Source: a virus. From it: a DNA stretch of 25,819 nt. Below the pieces are notes generated by a model, which ran no database searches, was not told the DNA's origin, and saw nothing but the letters and a program-made list of their open reading frames with translations. The translations under genes and the position numbers were made by a program. Each line of letters opens with the position of its first letter. Position 1 is the first letter of the stretch. The DNA lies in the IMG/VR virus record IMGVR_UViG_3300043602_000052, positions 1 to 25,819 of that record. The stretch is one strand, 5' to 3'. Shown in pieces: positions 21,814 to 25,819 of the stretch.

Positions 21814-22944
21814 TTAGGACACCGCCCGCAACCGCTTTGCTTTGCGTCGTTTGCGGCCCGCGTGCAACGTCGCGTGCAACTGAACGTGCAACTCGTGCTC
21901 GGCGGCCTCCAGCCGGGCCTTCCGAAAGCTCGACAACGCCGCGAGCGCGGCCCGGTCCACTTCGGCATTCGCGCCCATCGCATACCGCGCCGTGACCGGC
22001 GATCCCTCGGCATGGCCGAGCAGGCGCGCCACGGTCGCCAGGTCGCGCGTAGAACGATAAACCTCGGTCCCGAAGCTGTGACGTAGGTCGTAGAGTCGGA
22101 ACCCCGTAGACGGCCCCAGGACGCGCCGGACGGCCCGCCGGAACGACCGGCTGACGGCCTCGGTCGCGAACCCACCCCAGCCGTGCGCGTTGTCGAGCGC
22201 GACGAACGCCGCGACCCCTTCCGGCGACAGCTCGCGGGTATGGGCGGCCGTCCCGGCGCCCTTGTCGCGCCACGGCATCCGCACCAGCGCGGCCTTCCGG
22301 TCGAAGTCCTGCGGGCGCAGCTTCTGCAACTCCGAGGGTGGAATGCCGGTATGCGCGATGACGGTGGCCCGGAGCTTGGCGAGCGACGACCGCCGGGCGC
22401 CCTGGCCATCCGCCATCGCCGCGAGGATGCGCGCAATGGTCGCGAAGTCGAGCGAGCGGTCGACCGGCCGGTGATGGTCGGGGCGCGTCGTGCCTTTGAC
22501 CGGGCTCGGCGCGTGCGGGCCGTCGAGCACCGCGAACAGCCGACCTAAGACCGTGCGGCGATGGTAGACCGTGACCGGCGACAGCGTCTTCAGCCAGTCT
22601 TGTAGGACCGTCTCGACGGCGTCGCGCGTGATGGTGTGCCGCGGCCGGTCGGGGCCGAGCGCGTCGAGCCAGTGTTGCAGGATCGCCGTGTACGCCTTGA
22701 TGGACGGCATCGCTGCGACTTCCGGCTTGTCGAGGAACGCTTGCGCGTCCGCGGCGAAGCTGCCCGCGGCCAGCCCCCGGCCGCCATGTTCGGCGATGGT
22801 GCGGTCGCGCCACGCGTTGCGCTCGCCGGGGGTCGACGTGGCCGGGAAGGTTTTCGAGAAGTAGTGCCCGGCGACATTGCAGAACACTTGAATGTTGCCG
22901 CTCGGCAACCGCCGCTGGCCGATGGTTTTCTGTTGGCGCTTCAT
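21814..22944 (-). CDS. int: Tyrosine recombinase / phage integrase
   Basis: C-terminal catalytic region: ...RMPWRDKGAG...FRLYDLRHSFGTEVYRSTRDLATVARLLGHAEGSPVTARYAMGA contains R...HxxR...Y. N-terminal arm-type domain. Start taken at ATG 22944 (MKRQQKTIG...) rather than the track start at 23016. Confidence 0.9.
   Translation of the reverse strand: MKRQQKTIGQRRLPSGNIQVFCNVAGHYFSKTFPATSTPGERNAWRDRTIAEHGGRGLAAGSFAADAQAFLDKPEVAAMPSIKAYTAILQHWLDALGPDRPRHTITRDAVETVLQDWLKTLSPVTVYHRRTVLGRLFAVLDGPHAPSPVKGTTRPDHHRPVDRSLDFATIARILAAMADGQGARRSSLAKLRATVIAHTGIPPSELQKLRPQDFDRKAALVRMPWRDKGAGTAAHTRELSPEGVAAFVALDNAHGWGGFATEAVSRSFRRAVRRVLGPSTGFRLYDLRHSFGTEVYRSTRDLATVARLLGHAEGSPVTARYAMGANAEVDRAALAALSSFRKARLEAAEHELHVQLHATLHAGRKRRKAKRLRAVS
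21861..21892. repeat. 3 x CGTGCAAC direct repeats at an exact 12-nt period inside the int 3' end; candidate arm-type sites
   Basis: CGTGCAAC at 21861, 21873 and 21885, with a degenerate fourth copy (cgtgctc) at 21894-21900. Encodes HVQLHATLHAG. Confidence 0.5.
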
Positions 22945-22990
22945 GGGGTCAATATACCAAAATGTAGTTTCACGTTTAATGCAGCCGGAG
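22945..22990 (-). promoter_or_regulatory. Extended -10 promoter (TGgTATATT) 6 nt upstream of the int ATG (leaderless geometry)
   Basis: The minus strand reads cattttGGTATATTgaccccATG, with a weak -35 (TTAAAC) 17 nt upstream. No SD. Confidence 0.5.
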
Positions 22991-23072
22991 GGCGATGTTG
23001 TGCTTGCATGGGGCAATTCGTTTGCGTTAGCGTTTCGGACCTTATGGTTTGCTTTCGATGGGAGGCGGCGGC

Positions 23073-23276
23073 GTGCGACATTCCCAGCGTGCGGCGGCGG
23101 CGTCTGTCGACGATCTCTCCGACTTGGAACGGCTCGTCATCCAAACCCTTCGCGACCAGCGCAGCGCCAGCGACCGGCGCACCCTGGCGCTGGCGCTTAT
23201 CGACGCCGGGCGGCGGCGCGTCGGGGTCGACGCCGCAACGGTCGCGCCCACATTTCGGCGAGCTTCGAAAGCATGA
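23073..23276 (+). CDS. Possible small protein (67 aa) between int and the repressor, convergently overlapping the repressor 3' end
   Basis: GGGAGG (23060-23065) lies 7 nt upstream of GTG 23073. High GC3 through DLSDLERLVIQTLRDQRSASDRRTLALALIDAG. Alternative starts at 23049 and 23058. Confidence 0.35.
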   Translation: MRHSQRAAAASVDDLSDLERLVIQTLRDQRSASDRRTLALALIDAGRRRVGVDAATVAPTFRRASKA

Positions 23277-23577
23277 CGCGCGAGTCCAGCGGGAGCGCCC
23301 GCCAATCGGCGATGAGGGCGGCTTCTGCGGGATTCTCACCGGGTTCGTCGAACAGTGCGCCGAACGGCTGATTAAACGCCGCCGCGAACGCGCGCAGCGT
23401 TTCGAGGTCGGCGTTAAAGTCGGCGTTGAGATACCGCGACAGCCAGCCGGGCGAGCGTCCGATGCGCAGGGCGACGTCGCTATGCGTGGCGTTGGACCCG
23501 GCAATCCATTCGTGGATGCGCGTGCGGGCGCGCTGGTCGAGCGTTATCGTGACCGGGGCCAAGGCCACGTCTCCCAA
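23197..23577 (-). CDS. CI-like repressor, XRE-family HTH, no S24 peptidase domain
   Basis: RTRIHEWIAGSNATHSDVALRIGRSPGWLSRYLNADFNADLETLRAFAAAFN is an HTH. Divergent from the cro-like gene. Start is uncertain: TTG 23577 (GGGAGG 10 nt upstream) or GTG 23568. The track start at 23691 runs through the AT-rich operator region. Confidence 0.7.
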   Translation of the reverse strand: MGDVALAPVTITLDQRARTRIHEWIAGSNATHSDVALRIGRSPGWLSRYLNADFNADLETLRAFAAAFNQPFGALFDEPGENPAEAALIADWRALPLDSRVMLSKLAEMWARPLRRRPRRAAARRR

Positions 23578-23623
23578 GGCTGAGTGTCCTCCCAAGGATA
23601 ATTTTTCCACCCTCTGGGGATTA

Positions 23624-23644
23624 AATATACCACAACGGTATATT
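23624..23644. promoter_or_regulatory. Operator-like perfect inverted repeat AATATACC-acaac-GGTATATT
   Basis: 8-bp arms. The left arm coincides with a minus-strand extended -10 (TGgTATATT). The same 8-mer forms the int promoter -10 (22951-22958). Confidence 0.5.
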
Positions 23645-23658
23645 GCTATTCGGGCGGC

Positions 23659-23698
23659 TTGACTTTCAACTACGGAAAGGTATACATACATTTCCGTT
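23659..23698 (+). promoter_or_regulatory. Rightward early promoter candidate (TTGACT-N16-TATACA), about 6-nt leader to the cro-like ATG; its -35 overlaps a leftward TTGAAA -35
   Basis: cTTGACTTTCAAc contains back-to-back -35 boxes (plus 23659-23664, minus 23669-23664). A second inverted repeat, CGGAAA-N12-TTTCCG (23673-23696), covers the -10 and start region. Confidence 0.45.
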
Positions 23699-23935
23699 AT
23701 GGGAAGGCCGCCGCGCGTCTATCCGAACCTCGCTGAATTCCTGAAACATTCCGGGAAAACCCAAGCCGACGTCGCCGAGGCGGCCGGGGTGTCCCAGGCC
23801 GCCATTTCCCGCTATCGGGCGGGCGGCCGCCGCGGCATGCGCCTGTCCGTGGCGCTGAAGATTGCCGCCTTCTGCAATATCCCGATTGAAAGCCTGATTC
23901 AGGCGCCCAAGCGGCGCAAAGAGGCCGTCGCATGA
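23699..23935 (+). CDS. Cro-like XRE-family HTH regulator (78 aa)
   Basis: KTQADVAEAAGVSQAAISRYRAGGR is an HTH. It is the first gene of the rightward operon, divergent from the repressor. Confidence 0.8.
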   Translation: MGRPPRVYPNLAEFLKHSGKTQADVAEAAGVSQAAISRYRAGGRRGMRLSVALKIAAFCNIPIESLIQAPKRRKEAVA

Positions 23936-24150
23936 GTGCCGCGTGCTACACCGGCCCCGTCGTGCGCGCGCTGCTGAACATGCCGCCGCGCACGTTTGCC
24001 CGCGCCCTCAAAAACGGCGAGCTGCCGTTTCTCGAAGAACTGCAACCGCGCACCAAGCCGCGACGCTACAAGAAAGAACCCGTCGACCGCTACCTGCGCG
24101 GCGAATGGGGCGCCCCGCGCCTGGTCTTCGGCCGTCGCAGCGCGAGGTAG
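23932..24150 (+). CDS. Excisionase-family (MerR/AlpA-like) HTH DNA-binding protein
   Basis: VVRALLNMPPRTFARALKNGELPFLE...RRYKKEPVDRYL fits the helix-turn-helix_17 pattern. ATGA overlap with the cro-like gene. Confidence 0.6.
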   Translation: MSAACYTGPVVRALLNMPPRTFARALKNGELPFLEELQPRTKPRRYKKEPVDRYLRGEWGAPRLVFGRRSAR

Positions 24151-24152
24151 CC

Positions 24153-24764
24153 GTGCTGCTGTTCGTCTCGGGCGCAACGGCGACGATGCGGAAACACCGC
24201 GACGCGGGCGAACTGATCGTCCCCGGCGCCGGGAGCGCGCCCGACAGTCTGCGGCTGATCCCCGGTCGCTGGGCGATGGATAACGGCGCGTTCGTGGCGT
24301 TCGATGCGCCCGCCTTCGTCGCGATGCTCGAACGGTTCTATCGCCGCCCTGGCTGTCGCTTCGTCGCCGCGCCCGATGCGGTCGGCGACTGTCACCAGAC
24401 CCTCACGCAATGGCCGTTCTGGTCGCGCCTCATTCGCGGCGTCGGGTTTCCCCCGGCGCTCGTCGCGCAGGATGGCCTCACCGTCGCCGACGTCCCGTGG
24501 CGCGAGATTGCCACGCTGTTTATCGGCGGGCACACCGAATGGAAAACCGGCCCGGCGGCGGCGCAGCTCATCGCGTATGCGCGGGCGCGCGGCCTCTGGG
24601 TGCATATGGGGCGCGTCAACAGCCGCGAGCGGTTATGGGAAGCGGCGCGACTCGGCGTCGATTCCGTCGACGGATCAGGATTCTCGAAATGGCCGGACAT
24701 CAATCTGCCGAAGGGGCTGCAATGGGCGGACGAAACGACACGGCAACCGCGGCTGTTGCAGTGA
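24153..24764 (+). CDS. Minimal TGT-fold protein (DpdA-like DNA/tRNA-guanine transglycosylase candidate), 203 aa
   Basis: Ordered motifs: LLFVSG, AMDNGAF, VAAPDAVGD, VAQDG, LFIGGHTEWK, WVHMGRVNS, GVDSVDGSG. They parallel the TGT motifs DSGGFQ / PLDe / vQGG / IGGL / LmGvG / GvDmFDc. GTG 24153 has GAGG 5 nt upstream. The track ORF 23943..24764 is over-extended. Confidence 0.5.
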   Translation: MLLFVSGATATMRKHRDAGELIVPGAGSAPDSLRLIPGRWAMDNGAFVAFDAPAFVAMLERFYRRPGCRFVAAPDAVGDCHQTLTQWPFWSRLIRGVGFPPALVAQDGLTVADVPWREIATLFIGGHTEWKTGPAAAQLIAYARARGLWVHMGRVNSRERLWEAARLGVDSVDGSGFSKWPDINLPKGLQWADETTRQPRLLQ

Positions 24765-24919
24765 AGCCGTGGCGCGCGGTGCAGGTCGCGCGGTACCGGC
24801 TGCGCAAGGCACTGGGGTTGTGTCCCGAATGCGGCGAGCGGTCGGGCATCGACACGTTCTGCGCGCGGTGCCTGGCGTATCACCGGGAGCGGATGCGCCA
24901 GCGGCGCGCGGTGCCGTGA
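24761..24919 (+). CDS. Small Zn-ribbon protein (52 aa; CPEC...CARC)
   Basis: GTGA overlap at 24761. An alternative ATG lies at 24722. Confidence 0.5.
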   Translation: MKPWRAVQVARYRLRKALGLCPECGERSGIDTFCARCLAYHRERMRQRRAVP

Positions 24920-25062
24920 TGTCGTGGGTCTGCTGGCTGCGTGGGCACACCTGGGTGCTGCATCTCGAGCACGGGTTGATCTACCTGACGTGCGCCCGCT
25001 GCGCGTTTCGGACGGCCGGATGGGACGTGCGCATTTACGACGAGGAACATCATGAGCACTGA
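24919..25062 (+). CDS. Small hypothetical protein (47 aa; C..H...H...CARC)
   Basis: ATG 24919 overlaps the upstream TGA. This is the in-frame tail of track ORF 24304..25062. Confidence 0.5.
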   Translation: MSWVCWLRGHTWVLHLEHGLIYLTCARCAFRTAGWDVRIYDEEHHEH

Positions 25063-25819
25063 CCTGCAAACGACCGTCGTGGATGGCGAAGTCGTGGCGC
25101 GCGTCATCCTCCATGGCGATCTCTCGAAACTGACGCCGACGCAGAAAGTCCAGTACTACCGCAGCGTCTGCGAGAGCGTCGGGCTGAACGTGCTCACGCA
25201 ACCCTTCGCGTACATCACGCTGAACGGCCGCGAGGTGCTCTATGCGCTGAAGGGCGCGACGGATCAACTGCGCCAGGTGCACAAGGTCGCGATCACGATT
25301 GCGGCGCGCGAAGTCGTCGAGGACACGTACGTCGTCACCGCGCGGGCGACGCTGCCGGATGGCCGCACCGACGAAAGTATCGGCGCCGTCCCGATTGGCG
25401 GGCTGAAGGGCGAGCACCGCAGCAATGCGTTGATGAAAGCCGAGACGAAAGCCAAGCGGCGCGTGACGCTGTCGATCATCGGCTTGGGGATGCTCGACGA
25501 GACGGAAGTGGAGAGCATCCCGATGGGTGCGCTCGCCTCAACTCCACGGCTACCGGAGAAGCCGGAGAACCCGGCCGCCGCGACGGGGGAGAACCGCGGC
25601 ACTGCCTATCAGGTGCCGCCCATGCGTGGGGCGCCGCGCTCGATCCTCGACCAGCCAGGTCCGGTCGAGGACGCCCTACCACCAGCCCCTGACAGCCCAG
25701 GTCAATCGGATGATCTGCCGCCCGGCTTCGTGCGCGTGATGCACATCAACACCGGGCCGACGAAGAACCCCAGCGTGACGAAGTACTTCATCACCTTCAG
25801 CAACGGCGAGGAGGTGACG
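25052..25819 (+). CDS. RecT/Redbeta-family single-strand annealing protein, 5' part (continues at 124-297 after removing the overlap; about 313 aa in total)
   Basis: ATG 25052 with GAGG 6 nt upstream. TPTQKVQYYRSVCESVGLNVLTQPFAYITLNGREVLYALKGATDQL and RSNALMKAETKAKRRVTLSIIGLG parallel the Beta/RecT core. It is absent from the ORF track because no stop occurs before the window end. Confidence 0.75.
   Translation, partial: MSTDLQTTVVDGEVVARVILHGDLSKLTPTQKVQYYRSVCESVGLNVLTQPFAYITLNGREVLYALKGATDQLRQVHKVAITIAAREVVEDTYVVTARATLPDGRTDESIGAVPIGGLKGEHRSNALMKAETKAKRRVTLSIIGLGMLDETEVESIPMGALASTPRLPEKPENPAAATGENRGTAYQVPPMRGAPRSILDQPGPVEDALPPAPDSPGQSDDLPPGFVRVMHINTGPTKNPSVTKYFITFSNGEEVT
25697..25819. repeat. 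Terminal overlap copy 2 (identical to 1-123)
   Basis: 123/123 identity with the window start. Confidence 0.97.

Larger units (their letters stand above)
1..25819. mobile_element. Complete circular temperate tailed-phage genome (HK97-type head, long-tail gene set); true unit length 25,696 bp
   Basis: Exact 123-nt overlap of the window ends. Lysogeny (int, attP, CI/Cro-like), recombination/replication, packaging, head, tail and accessory modules are all present with very little non-coding DNA. ATGA/GTGA/TAATG start-stop coupling is pervasive. Confidence 0.85.

Noticed and set aside
21771-21829. Possible complete or D-armless mini tRNA: GCGGGCG at 21829-21823 can pair 6/7 with the 3' acceptor strand AGCCCGC
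   Set aside because: Only 59 nt in total, with no D-arm. The 5' anticodon stem (TAAGC) does not pair with GCCTC. The putative 5' acceptor lies inside the int coding sequence. It is best explained as an attP copy of the 3' half of a host tRNA-Gly, plus a chance GC-rich match.
22945-23016. Integrase start at 23016 (MPHASTTSPSGCIKRETTFWYIDP...)
   Set aside because: This stretch is AT-rich promoter DNA containing the TGgTATATT -10. The arm-type domain begins after the ATG at 22944.
23943-24152. N-terminal extensions of several track ORFs: 23943..24764, 3115..3606, 2646..3068, 8708..9535, 10704..11204, 17286..17747, 17546..17872, 17650..18498, 24304..25062, 24410..24919, 5167..5637 and 23578..23691 of the repressor ORF
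   Set aside because: The extensions overlap the better-supported upstream gene in another frame and translate to Arg/Pro-rich junk. In each case an ATG or GTG overlapping the upstream stop codon, often with an SD, gives a compact coupled gene.

Overview
The window is GC-rich, and its first 123 nt recur exactly at its end (1-123 = 25697-25819). It is therefore an assembled circle of 25,696 bp. It reads as a complete small temperate tailed phage with an HK97-type head and a long-tail gene set.

Plus strand, in order:
- cro-like HTH (23699)
- excisionase-family HTH
- a minimal TGT-fold (DpdA-like) candidate
- two tiny Zn-ribbon ORFs
- a RecT/Redbeta-type annealing protein that crosses the junction (25052 -> 297)
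- an MT-A70 adenine methyltransferase
- a DUF1376-type replication protein with an internal iteron-like repeat block
- VRR-NUC nuclease
- HNH endonuclease
- about 220 nt of non-coding, cos-candidate DNA
- TerL
- an RHH protein
- a prohead-protease/major-capsid fusion
- portal
- connector proteins
- tail tube
- a chaperone with an A8 -1 frameshift site
- tape measure
- a 1113-aa repeat-rich tail-tip/fibre protein
- further tail/lysis-region ORFs
- a beta-helix tailspike (ends 19799)

Minus strand:
- an accessory cassette of five small ORFs (19835-21248) behind a consensus leaderless promoter
- a stand-alone paralogue of the integrase arm-binding domain
- attP, which is the 3' half of a tRNA-Gly(CCC) abutting the int stop codon, flanked by CGTGCAAC repeats
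- a tyrosine integrase
- a CI-like repressor divergent from cro

Best candidates for something new:
- the DpdA-like/TGT-fold gene in a genome with no preQ0 synthesis genes
- the unassignable accessory cassette, with its 37-nt perfect intercistronic repeat
- the arm-domain paralogue beside attP
- the non-canonical head-module layout: no TerS, an RHH after TerL, and portal after the capsid

I saw no rRNA, complete tRNA, CRISPR array, reverse transcriptase or transposase. All functional calls come from motifs read by eye, not database searches.
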